Shown: piece after piece, positions 1 to 9,958 of the stretch | Position numbering within the stretch: the stretch's first letter is position 1 | How the letters are laid out: the number at the start of each line of letters is the position of its first letter | Made by a program: the position numbers and the translations under genes | Notes under the pieces: generated by a model | The model's database searches: none | Told to the model about the DNA's origin: nothing | The model's input: only the letters and a program-made list of their open reading frames with translations | Assembly (NCBI GenBank): GCA_038891615.1 | Contig: JAWADY010000001.1 | Location: 128,001-192,000 of the forward strand | From: Candidatus Woesearchaeota archaeon | Lineage (GTDB): Archaea; Nanobdellota; Nanobdellia; Woesearchaeales; ARS49 | Direction: 5' to 3' | DNA length: 64,000 nucleotides

Positions 1-1
1 G

Positions 2-151
2 CTTGAAGAGGTAAGCGAAAAACTTCTCAATTGCATAACAACAAAACCAGTTGTTGCTTCATACGCTTCAGCAATTGCAATCCAATATTTAACACAAAAA
101 ATCAATGAAGTGTTTAAAGGCTTTAAAACCAACGGAAAACCTTCTGCCTAG
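2..151 (+). CDS. 3' end of a gene truncated by the window edge (hypothetical)
   Basis: Open frame from position 2 (LEEVSEKLLNC...GKPSA) to TAG at 149-151, converging on the PhoU-like gene. Confidence 0.5.
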   Translation, partial: LEEVSEKLLNCITTKPVVASYASAIAIQYLTQKINEVFKGFKTNGKPSA

Positions 152-178
152 TCTCCTTACAAGATTTGTTCAACTAAT

Positions 179-1111
179 TCAGGATTGATATTGACTTGAA
201 GGTATTTTTAAGATTAATATTGGACCGAGCGCATCAAATATTTGATGTGCTAGCATGTGAAGATGATGAATAATGACTATTTCTGTCTTTTTTTTCTTTT
301 TTTTCAACAGTTCCAATCCATTCTTAATTACTTTCTCTTTTTTCAACAAACTTTCTTCGACCAACTTTGGATCGAAGTTATAAAAGAGATTATAATGCCC
401 TCTCAAAGAAGAATTTATTTCTTTGAAGTATTCAAGCACTTCAAGACTTGGTTCATAGTCTTTCATTTTTTCAAGATCTTTATACAAATATTTATATCCA
501 TCAGCTATATTTTCTAGAAGGTCAATGAGATTATAAATTGGTCCAATCAATGGATAATTTATTGGATATCCCTTATTCAAAATTCGCCTGCAAGCAACTG
601 AAAACCTGTTATTTGCTTCTTCAAGAGCTATCAACTCACTGAAGTTTCTAAAGGCTTTATCTCTTAATGACTTGTAGCCTTCATCAGCCATGGAAAGAAG
701 AAGAGTGAATATTCTTCTAAGCATTTGTTCGAACCCTTCAATGTGGCCAGAAACATTTTTTATTACGTATTGATGTGCTGACTGTTCAACTATTTCATAT
801 CCTATCATCGCCTTGCTGATTAAAGCTGCGATGTCTTCGCTAACACCAGGAGAATCAACGATTATTTTTATTTCGTCCACACCTTTCTTGTAAAGCGCAT
901 AAATGATTGATGTAATTTTTTTTCCATAATCAGAAACTTTTATTTCAACCCTTTCTACTTTTGGCAAAGCTGAAGCAAAAATTCTTATTGTGTTACTATC
1001 TATAAGCAAGTCAAGCTCATCGCCTTTTTTGATATTGTTTTTTTCACACCATTCTTTCGGAAGGGAAACTAGTTTACTTGAATTAGCAATTTGTATTACC
1101 TTTCTTTTCAT
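179..1111 (-). CDS. AbrB-domain / PhoU-family phosphate uptake regulator
   Basis: N-terminal AbrB-like RKVIQIANSSKLVSLPKEW..GDEL followed by PhoU helical repeats (LENIAD). Confidence 0.85.
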   Translation of the reverse strand: MKRKVIQIANSSKLVSLPKEWCEKNNIKKGDELDLLIDSNTIRIFASALPKVERVEIKVSDYGKKITSIIYALYKKGVDEIKIIVDSPGVSEDIAALISKAMIGYEIVEQSAHQYVIKNVSGHIEGFEQMLRRIFTLLLSMADEGYKSLRDKAFRNFSELIALEEANNRFSVACRRILNKGYPINYPLIGPIYNLIDLLENIADGYKYLYKDLEKMKDYEPSLEVLEYFKEINSSLRGHYNLFYNFDPKLVEESLLKKEKVIKNGLELLKKKKKKTEIVIIHHLHMLAHQIFDALGPILILKIPSSQYQS

Positions 1112-1303
1112 TTATCCCACCTACAGCAATTGAGATTTCTCCTTCGCAATAGGAATTAAAGTGATATATAAAATTTTCTTTTTTTATATAATTTTTTTAC
1201 TTTTATATAAAATTTATAATTTATAATCCAAAAATATAAATATACCATCAATATACATTAGTTCGAAAAAATTCCGAACGCCTGCAAAGCAGGAGGTGGG
1301 GAA

Positions 1304-1492
1304 ATGGAATATTGGGAAAGTGAAGAAGAACATACAGATTTTGGAGAGCTTGATGACACCTCTTTCGCATTTGAAGAATTAAATGAAGAAGACGAAGAAG
1401 AGCTTTGGGAAGATGAAGACGAGTTGTCAATAGCCGAGCAAGGCTTTTTGAAAGGTGAAAGGCTTGCAAGAAAGCGTGACAAAGATTATTAA
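1304..1492 (+). CDS. small highly acidic protein
   Basis: Strong RBS GGAGGTGG upstream; Asp/Glu-rich 62 aa ending EDELSIAEQGFLKG. Confidence 0.7.
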   Translation: MEYWESEEEHTDFGELDDTSFAFEELNEEDEEELWEDEDELSIAEQGFLKGERLARKRDKDY

Positions 1493-1662
1493 TTTGTCAA
1501 CTTAAAGATTATCAAATGCATTGCATAAGGCACATAAGCTATGAAGAGTTTGCAGAAGATGCAAACAAAAAAAATGAACCAGTCTGAAAAAGGCTGAAAA
1601 CTACCGACTGGCTTGATACGTTAAAAACTGTTGGGATTTCAAAGTCTTCACTCACTTGATCG

Positions 1663-1698
1663 ACGAACCCACCGGTCCGGTGACCGGTGGGTGCTCGT
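1663..1698. repeat. GC-rich inverted repeat (hairpin) between convergent genes
   Basis: ACCCACCGGTC (1667-1677) / GACCGGTGGGT (1682-1692), perfect 11-bp stem with a 4-nt loop, extendable by ACGA/TCGT. Confidence 0.7.
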
Positions 1699-1720
1699 TC
1701 TTTGCCATTTGAATCTAATC

Positions 1721-2452
1721 TTATAGAAGGTCTTTTGTTCTTCCAAAATAGAGTATTTCAAAATTTTTTTCATCAAAAACAAAAATCTCAAATTCTCCTG
1801 CCATCTTCTGAAGAAAAGGACTCAACATCTTGCCATACAATATGTCATTTCCTATTGTTGCGGTTGTAAACGATGGCAAAACAATCATCGTTCTTCCATT
1901 CCACCTTCCTTTAAGAAAGCATTTGTACTTTTCCACCTTAGGACCTTCGCGGAAGCTAACAGCCGGATGTTCATTGCCTATGATGATGGTTTTTATTTTT
2001 TTACTAAAAGTTTTTGGCAAGCTGTGACCATGTGTTATTAGCACATCCTCATACGAATAAGCATCAACAACTTTCAAGCCTTTTTTCTTTGCAATTGGGT
2101 CGAGAAACACATCATGGTTTCCTTTTACAAGCACAACTTCCTGGCATCTTTCAAGCAAGAAGTCAACAAGGTTTAAAATCTCCCGCCATTCTTGACTTAG
2201 TATTTCTCCAAATTCTTGCTTCATGTCGCCGTTTATAACAACTGTTCTTACCTGAAAACCCCTGCTGGCAAGGTTCTCAAAAATTGCTTTTATCATTTTA
2301 ACGGTATTTTTGTAATGAAATCTTGGCAACAAGATACCGACTTTCTCAGCCGCCTCTTCAATTCCAAGATGAAGGTCGCTAATTACCAAAGCTTTGTACT
2401 TTTGAAGATAAAGTCCTAGCCCTATTGTTTCAATCCCTTCACATATCTTCAT
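1721..2452 (-). CDS. metallophosphoesterase (Lhr-associated MPE-like)
   Basis: Calcineurin-like motifs SDLHLG, NGD, GNHD, THGH, GNEHP; ATGA overlap with the lhr stop. Confidence 0.88.
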   Translation of the reverse strand: MKICEGIETIGLGLYLQKYKALVISDLHLGIEEAAEKVGILLPRFHYKNTVKMIKAIFENLASRGFQVRTVVINGDMKQEFGEILSQEWREILNLVDFLLERCQEVVLVKGNHDVFLDPIAKKKGLKVVDAYSYEDVLITHGHSLPKTFSKKIKTIIIGNEHPAVSFREGPKVEKYKCFLKGRWNGRTMIVLPSFTTATIGNDILYGKMLSPFLQKMAGEFEIFVFDEKNFEILYFGRTKDLL

Positions 2453-5100
2453 CTTTCAGCCTCATTCTTCTTCAGCGAATTCTCTTCAGCAACCTCTGGC
2501 GCGCTTATTAGACAAATTTTTGCAAGAACAAACTGATGCATCCTTCGTAAAAACTCATATTTATCTTCAATTTTCAATACATCAAGATGCCCTTGCAATG
2601 AAATATTAAATGCGAATGGACTTGGAATCGTCGTACTGACCTCTACTATCTTAATTTTGCCATCTTCAATCCATTGCAACACATTTTTTGTGTTTTCAAT
2701 ATCCATCAGATCCTCAAGGACCTCTCGTCTTGCTTCTTTTACTATTGGAAAGTTTGGGTCTATTCCCATAAGGACATTTAGCAAAATCTGAGAAGAAATT
2801 TGCTGCATTCCAACCCGTTTTTTATGCCCCATATAGTTCCTTAAAATCATTAATGACCTGGATGCGCAATGCCTGAACCTCCTCTTGAAAGCTTCAGAAT
2901 GCGCTATAGCTGCACTAAGAATGCTTTCAAGCTTTTCAGATTTTATCAGCTTCAAGATTGTCATAATCGATATCCTCTTATCACCGCTTATAAAAAATCC
3001 ATTGTCATTTATTCCAATTTCTACATCTCTATGATGACTTCTATAGATAGCATAAGCAAGAGCTCGGCTTAAGCAATCATTAACGCGTCTGCCAAAAAGC
3101 GTGTGGAAGATTATCTTGTTGTTCTTGCGTTCATCATCGCTGTAATACTCTATAAGAATTTGTTTATCTGTTGGAATTTTTTTAATATAATCAAATTGCT
3201 CCTTAAAATAGGAATATATTGCGTTTGCGGCATTGTCATCAACATAAAGATATTCATGAATAAATTTTGTTATTTCTTCTTTTGTTTTTTTCATTTCTAT
3301 CTTTTCTGCAAGCAAGCGCCTAAACTTGCCAATCTCGAGTGCAAGGTCAAAACTCAGAGGAAGCATTTCGCTAACCCAGCTAGGAACTGTTGGGGGTCTA
3401 TTTGCTGAAGCTGAAACCTGCACAGTCATCCCTCGCGAATACTTAAACATGTAAGTCTCTCCTCCTAGCACAAATGTGTCGCCTGGCCTCAGGCGTTCGA
3501 CAAATCCTTCATCAAGATGGCCTATTACTTGATCACCCAATTTTACTGTTACAAATGTTTCATCTGGAATTGTGCCTATGTTCATCATATAGATTGGTCT
3601 TCCCATTTTTCCTTTGCTACCAATCTTCCCTTCGTGGCGCCAGATTTTTGCGTATATGTGTCTGTCACAAAGCTCTGCAAAATTTCCAGCAAGATAGTCC
3701 AGGATAGAATTAAAATCTCCCCAACTTAAGTCCTTATAGCAATAGCTTTTTCTTATTGTTTCAAACACTTCTCGTTCATCCCAAACATTTTCAAGGACCA
3801 TTCCAACAATGTGTTGGCACAATACATCAAGGCAGTTTTTTGGAATATGAATTTTGTCAATCTTTTTTTCAAGAGCGGACTTAAGCAGGACAGAACATTC
3901 AACCAAGTCGTCTCTGTCCATCACTATTATCCGACCTTTCACAGTATCGCATAGCCTATGTCCTGAACGTCCAACTCTTTGCAAAAATCTAGCAACCGAT
4001 TTTGGTGAACCTAAACATATCACAAGGTCTATATAACCGATATCAATTCCAAGTTCGAGTGAAGTCGAACAGACAACGACCTTAAGTTGGCCAGCTCTAA
4101 GCTTTTGTTCTATGTGATCACGTATGCCTTTTGCCAAAGAACTATGATGTGCGCCAATATTTCCAATATATTTTGACGGAAATTTTTCTTTGAGATGGTC
4201 AACGACGCGTTCTGTTGCGCTTCTCGTATTTGTGAAAATGAGGGTTGTTTTGTGTGCCTGAATAAGCTCATCAATCAGTCTGTACATTGCTTCGTGCATC
4301 ACCTTATGTGGTGTATCTATAAGGTTTGGAACAGGACAAAGAACCTTCAAATCAATGCTTTTAGGGAATTGAACATCAACTATTTTGCATCCCCTTTCGG
4401 CTCCTACAAGAAAGCGCGCAACTTCTTCAAGCGGCGAAACTGTAGCCGAAAGGCCTATCCTACAAATGGCTGGAGAATATCTGCTCAATCGTTCTAATGA
4501 AAGAGAAAGATGAACCCCTCGTTTGTTTTCTGCCAAAGCATGGATTTCATCAACAATGATCCATTCAACTTCTTTAAGGTGTTCAATGAAACGTTTTGAT
4601 GATAAAACAATCGCAAGCGATTCCGGAGTTGTGATGAGGATGTGAGGTACTTTCTGCAGCATTTTTTGTTTTTCAGTTGCACTTGTGTCTCCTGTTCTTA
4701 CAGCAACACGTATCCCAAGAGGCTTGCCAGCGATTCTCTCAATCTCTTTCAAAGGCGCCAACAGGTTTACTGCAATATCCTTATTCAATGCTTTCAACGG
4801 ACTAACATATATGCAATAAACTTTGTCCTTAAGAATGCCTTTTAGACTCGAATCAACAAGCTCATTGAGAATTGAAAGAAAAGCTGTCAAAGTTTTTGTC
4901 CCTCCTGTTGGAGCCGAAATAAGTATGTTTTCTCGCTTTTGTATTGGTAATACCCCAAAGAGTTGTGGTTGTGAAAAATAGCTGAACCTACTAAAAAACC
5001 ATTTCTCAACCACAGGGTGAAGGATTGATCTTATCTCCATTTCGCTCTGTGGCTTTTCAATAACTTCTATTTTTGCGTCGTTCATTCTGTTTTGGTCCAT
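2449..5100 (-). CDS. lhr: Lhr-family ATP-dependent SF2 helicase
   Basis: APTGGTKT Walker A, RTGDT, TTPESL, DEIH, SAT, HHSSL, SLELGID, QRVGRSGH, MNIGTIPD. Confidence 0.95.
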   Translation of the reverse strand: MDQNRMNDAKIEVIEKPQSEMEIRSILHPVVEKWFFSRFSYFSQPQLFGVLPIQKRENILISAPTGGTKTLTAFLSILNELVDSSLKGILKDKVYCIYVSPLKALNKDIAVNLLAPLKEIERIAGKPLGIRVAVRTGDTSATEKQKMLQKVPHILITTPESLAIVLSSKRFIEHLKEVEWIIVDEIHALAENKRGVHLSLSLERLSRYSPAICRIGLSATVSPLEEVARFLVGAERGCKIVDVQFPKSIDLKVLCPVPNLIDTPHKVMHEAMYRLIDELIQAHKTTLIFTNTRSATERVVDHLKEKFPSKYIGNIGAHHSSLAKGIRDHIEQKLRAGQLKVVVCSTSLELGIDIGYIDLVICLGSPKSVARFLQRVGRSGHRLCDTVKGRIIVMDRDDLVECSVLLKSALEKKIDKIHIPKNCLDVLCQHIVGMVLENVWDEREVFETIRKSYCYKDLSWGDFNSILDYLAGNFAELCDRHIYAKIWRHEGKIGSKGKMGRPIYMMNIGTIPDETFVTVKLGDQVIGHLDEGFVERLRPGDTFVLGGETYMFKYSRGMTVQVSASANRPPTVPSWVSEMLPLSFDLALEIGKFRRLLAEKIEMKKTKEEITKFIHEYLYVDDNAANAIYSYFKEQFDYIKKIPTDKQILIEYYSDDERKNNKIIFHTLFGRRVNDCLSRALAYAIYRSHHRDVEIGINDNGFFISGDKRISIMTILKLIKSEKLESILSAAIAHSEAFKRRFRHCASRSLMILRNYMGHKKRVGMQQISSQILLNVLMGIDPNFPIVKEARREVLEDLMDIENTKNVLQWIEDGKIKIVEVSTTIPSPFAFNISLQGHLDVLKIEDKYEFLRRMHQFVLAKICLISAPEVAEENSLKKNEAER

Positions 5101-5246
5101 TTTGTTTGTTCAATTTTATTTCAATATTTAAAATAAATTATGGGAAAATACCATCATGCCTTATGTAAATTGCCTTTTTAAAGTTGATGACTTAGCTTTG
5201 CTTTCTGACACCCTCCTTGAAGTAGTGTCATAAGCCTTACTGAAAT

Positions 5247-5828
5247 TCAACTAGCTCGCAGCAAAAGCCCGCCTAGCACTAAGAAACCAACTGAAAAGGC
5301 AAGGAGTCCAAAATAGACCTTTTTGTTCCACACAAAAACCTTCTGGCCATCCAACATCCAAAAGGGCAGGAGATTAAAAAGGGCTAACCATGAGTTTATG
5401 TGAAAGCCATAAATGCTAATGCGACTTAAATGTGTTCCTGGTAAAAGCAATGTTAAAAAGAAAAAAACAAGTGCAATGGCAAGGCTTGCGAAAGGCCCTG
5501 CTGCAGCAATTTTACCTTTGTACCTTTGGCTTCCTGGTCCATGTATGAAAACGCCGCCAGGGGCTACAAAAACAAAACCAAAAAGGCTGAGCAAAATTGC
5601 AAGAAGTAACATCGAGTCAAAAGACCTGAACTCTGCCAAACAGCCATGTTTTTGTGCAACCCACTTATGACTAAGTTCATGCGCTAAGAAACCTATTCCC
5701 ACAGTTACAGCTGATATTAAAATTGTAAGCAAAAAGTCTGAACCAAATGATACGCCGTGAGATGCAATTGCAAAAGCAATAGATACTGCTAACCACGCTT
5801 TGAGTATATCCTTTGTTTCTGTACGCAT
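5247..5828 (-). CDS. site-2 protease (M50) family membrane metalloprotease
   Basis: HELSH, AAAGP, FNLLPFWMLDG, multiple TM helices. Confidence 0.92.
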   Translation of the reverse strand: MRTETKDILKAWLAVSIAFAIASHGVSFGSDFLLTILISAVTVGIGFLAHELSHKWVAQKHGCLAEFRSFDSMLLLAILLSLFGFVFVAPGGVFIHGPGSQRYKGKIAAAGPFASLAIALVFFFLTLLLPGTHLSRISIYGFHINSWLALFNLLPFWMLDGQKVFVWNKKVYFGLLAFSVGFLVLGGLLLRAS

Positions 5829-5959
5829 TTTATGCAGTCCTAAAGCATTGCCACTGTTTATAAGTCTTTCTCGGAAATGCCATGAAAAAGTGGTCGCAAT
5901 GTTTTAAATATCAAAAAACTTTTTATATGATTTCAATAAGCTTCACAAACTTACTTAAA

Positions 5960-6232
5960 ATGAGCTATTGGAAAAAATGGGCTGAAAGCTACGCCAAGAA
6001 GAATCAAAGAGAGGTTTGGTTGCCAGAGGATTACAACAAGCTTTGTTGTGAATTTGCAAAACAGTTTAACTCAAAATCAAACTTGAAAGAGCTTGAAGAA
6101 ATTATAGGCCCCGGCGCCTCTCGCATGGATATGCAGGCATGGCCTTCTCAATATTGGATAAACTATTGGAGGTGCTTTCAGAGAATTTTTGAAAATGTGC
6201 TCATTCTTGTCAAATACAAAATTGGCAGTTAA
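5960..6232 (+). CDS. hypothetical protein
   Basis: ORF 5882-6232; ATG at 5960 preferred because a TATA-like TTTTATAT lies upstream; no family recognised. Confidence 0.45.
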   Translation: MSYWKKWAESYAKKNQREVWLPEDYNKLCCEFAKQFNSKSNLKELEEIIGPGASRMDMQAWPSQYWINYWRCFQRIFENVLILVKYKIGS

Positions 6233-6250
6233 ACTTAGAAAGGAAGAAAA

Positions 6251-6586
6251 ATGCCAAAAATAAAAGAGGAAACAAACTTTCAAAAAAAGGTTTATAGCCT
6301 CTGTAGGCTTGTGCCAAAGGGAAGGGTTACAACCTATAAAGAAATCGGAAGAGCACTTGGCGGTAAGGGCCAGGTCTATCGGGCAGTAGGCGTTGCTCTT
6401 AGTAAGAGCTCTCATTCACCAAGAGTGCCATGTCATAGAGTTGTGAATAGCAATGGAAGTGTTGGCGGATTTGCCCATGGGGTATCCAAAAAAATTTCTC
6501 TCCTACAAAAAGAAGGTGTATATGTAAGAAATGGTAGAGTAGTTGATTTTGATAAGATTCTATTCAAGTTCAAAAGGTTTAAATAG
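6251..6586 (+). CDS. ogt: methylated-DNA--protein-cysteine methyltransferase (MGMT, C-terminal domain only)
   Basis: VPKGRVTTY, RAVG, active-site PCHRVV, LLQKEG. Confidence 0.9.
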   Translation: MPKIKEETNFQKKVYSLCRLVPKGRVTTYKEIGRALGGKGQVYRAVGVALSKSSHSPRVPCHRVVNSNGSVGGFAHGVSKKISLLQKEGVYVRNGRVVDFDKILFKFKRFK

Positions 6587-6618
6587 GGCTCTGTGCTGAA
6601 GATTTTCAAAACAAAAGA

Positions 6619-6990
6619 GTGATGGTGATGCTTATGGTTGAGCAAGGCGGAATAAACATAAACATTGTTGATGGTGGAGCGTTTTTTGCTCACGAGGTGT
6701 CAGCAAACTTCACTCCAACACAGCTTACGCTTGATTTTAAGTGCATTACGCCAAGGATCGACCCAAGGGGAAAGGGAAAGCCTTCATTTCAGATGATTCA
6801 TAATGTCATAATGATGGAACCTTGGCACGCAAAAGAGTTTGTAAACATGCTTAAAGCAGTCATAGAGCGCTATGAAGAAGAGTATGGCGCAATAAAAAAG
6901 CCGGCTGCACTTGAAAAGGCAGAAAAGAAACAAAAGGCTATGAAGAAAGAAGTTAACCGAGGAGAAGGGACACCTGCTTATTTAGGTTAA
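6619..6990 (+). CDS. DUF3467-like hypothetical protein
   Basis: FFAHEVSANFTPTQLTLDF...VIMMEPWHAKEF pattern. Confidence 0.65.
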   Translation: MMVMLMVEQGGININIVDGGAFFAHEVSANFTPTQLTLDFKCITPRIDPRGKGKPSFQMIHNVIMMEPWHAKEFVNMLKAVIERYEEEYGAIKKPAALEKAEKKQKAMKKEVNRGEGTPAYLG

Positions 6991-7108
6991 AAGCATTCAA
7001 CTCTTTCGTATGTACTTCTTTTTAATCCAATACAGCATCGATACGGATTCCTGAGTCTCCAAAGTATTTTGCGATAGCTTTTTATAGCCGTCTAATTCAA
7101 GTTTCCTC

Positions 7109-7312
7109 ATGACAAATGCTCTAGAAAGCTGGATAAAAGAGCTTGAAAAAAGGGTTGCAGAAATAGGACCCAAAGAAATAGAAAAAATCCAGGTTTTTGT
7201 GAGAAGATGCCCAAGGTGCAAGCAACTTTCTTTGGAATTTGACCCAAACACAGGGATAATAAGATGCTCTCGTTGTGGGTTTGAGTACAAACTTGTTATG
7301 GGAAAGCAGTAG
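7109..7312 (+). CDS. small zinc-ribbon protein
   Basis: CPRC...CSRCG. Confidence 0.75.
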   Translation: MTNALESWIKELEKRVAEIGPKEIEKIQVFVRRCPRCKQLSLEFDPNTGIIRCSRCGFEYKLVMGKQ

Positions 7313-7317
7313 GAAAA

Positions 7318-8007
7318 ATGAGTGAACAAAGAAAAGTAGATAGGAAGGAGGGACGTAAAATGAAATTGCCATCAGCACAGAGAGTTGGTGTTTTTGTTGA
7401 TGTGCAAAACCTCTACTACAGCGCAAGGTTCATCTACAATGCAAAGGTAAATTTCAAAACAATATTAGAGGATGCAGTCCAAGGAAGAAACCTAATTCGT
7501 GCAATCGCATATGTCATACGAGCAGAAGAAGAAGTAAAAAAAGAAGCATTTTTTGAAGCTTTGCACAAGATTGGTTTTGAGGTCAAGGCAAAGGACCTGC
7601 AGGTATTTTATGGGGGTGCAAAAAAAGGAGACTGGGATATTGGGATTGCGATGGATGCAATCGAGCTTGCACCAAAGCTTGATACTGTCGTACTAATATC
7701 AGGAGATGGTGATTTTGTCCCTCTTGTTGAACACCTCAAGAGGGCGTTAGGCTGCCGTGTCGAAGTAATGTGTTTTGGAAAAAGCGGCTCTTCCAAATTG
7801 ATTGAAGCCGCGGACAGTTTCATTGACCTTGATAGTAATCCACGAAGATATTTGATTAAAAAGATTAGTGCACGAGAAGCTGAAAGGACATCTGGAGAAG
7901 AAAAATTTGCGAGCCAGCGCTTGGTTCCAGAAACTCATCTAATGTCTGGCAAAGGTGCTGAAATAGAGAAGGTCAGACGAAAAGGAGGACTTGAAGAATT
8001 GGATTAA
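7318..8007 (+). CDS. NYN domain (LabA/DUF88) protein
   Basis: VFVDVQNL, KGDWDIGIAMD, SGDGDF, LIEAADSFID. Confidence 0.92.
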   Translation: MSEQRKVDRKEGRKMKLPSAQRVGVFVDVQNLYYSARFIYNAKVNFKTILEDAVQGRNLIRAIAYVIRAEEEVKKEAFFEALHKIGFEVKAKDLQVFYGGAKKGDWDIGIAMDAIELAPKLDTVVLISGDGDFVPLVEHLKRALGCRVEVMCFGKSGSSKLIEAADSFIDLDSNPRRYLIKKISAREAERTSGEEKFASQRLVPETHLMSGKGAEIEKVRRKGGLEELD

Positions 8008-8044
8008 AAACATCTGTGCTTGAAAGATAGATAAGGTGCTTAAA

Positions 8045-8377
8045 ATGGTTGCTGAAATAAACAAAGAAACATATTCGCAAGAGGTTCTGAAAAGCAGACT
8101 TCCTGTCATTGTTGATTTCTTTGCAGACTGGTGCGGCCCTTGTCACATGCTAAAACCTATTTTTGAAAAGCTTGAAAATGACCCAGAATTTAAAGGCAAG
8201 CTTAAATTTGCAAAAATTGATATAGAAAAGAACAAAGACATTGCAGAGAAAAACCTCATTCTCGGAATACCCTGTTTAGTCCTTTTTAGTGATGGAAAAG
8301 AGGTTGGTAGAATTGTTGGAGCATATCCAGAACATGAAGTGAAGGAAAAAATAAAGGAAATTCTAAAAAGAATATAA
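8045..8377 (+). CDS. trxA: thioredoxin
   Basis: VDFFADWCGPC active site; IP motif. Confidence 0.95.
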   Translation: MVAEINKETYSQEVLKSRLPVIVDFFADWCGPCHMLKPIFEKLENDPEFKGKLKFAKIDIEKNKDIAEKNLILGIPCLVLFSDGKEVGRIVGAYPEHEVKEKIKEILKRI

Positions 8378-8394
8378 CTAACCTTTAGTATTCT

Positions 8395-9165
8395 TCACAC
8401 ATGAATGAGGATGCCAAGCAGCCAAATGACTGCAATTCCAGAAAGAAACAGCAGAAAATTTATTCCAGCCTTTTTAACAGATTCTGCATGATGCATCTCA
8501 GGCACAAGGTCTGCTAATGCGATATAGATGAACCCTCCTGCTGAAAAAGGAAGAAGCAACATGCTTATGTTGGCAACCTTTTCTACAAAGAAAAAAGCTG
8601 CAAATGCGCCTATAAACGCAGCCAGGGCTGAAACAAAGTTCCAAAAAAGAGCTTTTAGCCTACTGAAGCCAGAATAAACAAGTATCCCAAAGTCGCCTAT
8701 CTCTTGAGGAATTTCATGAAGCATGACTGCAAGCGTAGTTATTACGCCGAGCGGATAGGCTACAAGAAAGGTTGTTGCAATGATTGCACCGTCTAGAAAA
8801 TTATGTATGCCATCTCCCAAAATGTTTAAATATGGTAATGCAGTTGTTCTTTCTCTGTGTTTGCCTGCTGTTTTGTGACTTAAATGAAAATGATGGTACC
8901 AATAGAAAAATGTTTCAACCCCAAAAAAGGTTATCGTGCCTATAAGTGTTAGAACAAAAACAGTTTCTGCAGAAAGTTGCTCAACTGTTTCAGGTAGCAT
9001 CTCAAGAAAAGCAGTGCCAATAAGAGCCCCTGCCGCAAAGGAAATTAAAAAAAATATTAATCTGTCTAACATCTTTTTGGTTAATATCAAAGTTAGTGCT
9101 CCAATTAATGATATAATGCTTACGATTCCAACAGCAATTGCGATTTGTGCAATAACAGGAATCAC
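8395..9165 (-). CDS. ZIP family divalent metal transporter
   Basis: GDGIHNFLDG, HEIPQEIGDF, His-rich loop, ~8 TM. Confidence 0.93.
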   Translation of the reverse strand: MIPVIAQIAIAVGIVSIISLIGALTLILTKKMLDRLIFFLISFAAGALIGTAFLEMLPETVEQLSAETVFVLTLIGTITFFGVETFFYWYHHFHLSHKTAGKHRERTTALPYLNILGDGIHNFLDGAIIATTFLVAYPLGVITTLAVMLHEIPQEIGDFGILVYSGFSRLKALFWNFVSALAAFIGAFAAFFFVEKVANISMLLLPFSAGGFIYIALADLVPEMHHAESVKKAGINFLLFLSGIAVIWLLGILIHV

Positions 9166-9278
9166 TTTTCTACCTCTTTTGCATTTTTCATGCTTTCAGC
9201 CAAAAGTTTCTATAAAAAACTTTCGTTGCTTGATGATGAAAACAAAAAATTAAAAACCTTATGCACTTCTAAAAATGC

Positions 9279-9950
9279 ATGCTAAAAACCCCTTTGCTCA
9301 TTGTTAATTTTAAGGCATATCCTTCAGCTATTGGAAGACAAGCAGTTCAGCTTGCAAGTGTTTGCGAGAAAATAGCGAGAAAGTTTGGAATAGAAATTGC
9401 TGTTGCAACTCAATCAGCTGATATATGTGCCGTTTCTGATAAGGTAACAATTCCTGTGCTTGCACAACATGTTGACCCATTTAGCTCAGGTCCACATACA
9501 GGATCTATCATTCCACTGGCGGTCAAAGCCGCTGGAGCAACCGGGACTTTCTTGAATCATTCAGAAAAAAGGATGGCTTTTAAAGAGTTAACAATTGCTA
9601 ACATGTTTGCAAAAAAGGCAGGACTTCAAACAATAATTTTTGCAGCATCACCGGCTAAAGCAGTAAAGGCGGCAAGTCTAAAACCAAGACCTGATTTTAT
9701 TGCGATAGAGCCCCCTGAACTTATTGGCGGCAAGAGAGCGGTTTCGCAAGCAAAGCCAGAGGTTATTACTGCGACAACTCAAAGAATAACTAACATCCCA
9801 ATAATATGTGGTGCAGGGATAAAAACAGCCGAAGATGTTCGAAAAGCGATAAAGCTTGGTGCCGTTGGAGTGGCTGTTGCTTCTGGTGTTGTACTTTCAA
9901 AAAGCCCTGAAGGAGCGCTTAGGGAGCTTGCGCTTGGGCTACTTGGCTAA
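9279..9950 (+). CDS. tpiA: triosephosphate isomerase (archaeal type)
   Basis: NFKAY, AQHVD, NHSE, IEPPELIG, CGAGI, VASGV. Confidence 0.96.
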   Translation: MLKTPLLIVNFKAYPSAIGRQAVQLASVCEKIARKFGIEIAVATQSADICAVSDKVTIPVLAQHVDPFSSGPHTGSIIPLAVKAAGATGTFLNHSEKRMAFKELTIANMFAKKAGLQTIIFAASPAKAVKAASLKPRPDFIAIEPPELIGGKRAVSQAKPEVITATTQRITNIPIICGAGIKTAEDVRKAIKLGAVGVAVASGVVLSKSPEGALRELALGLLG

Positions 9951-9958
9951 AACTAAAG

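Noticed and set aside
1160-1245. Very AT-rich tract as a replication origin
   Set aside because: No ORB-like repeats or cdc6/orc1 nearby; explained by divergent TATA promoters
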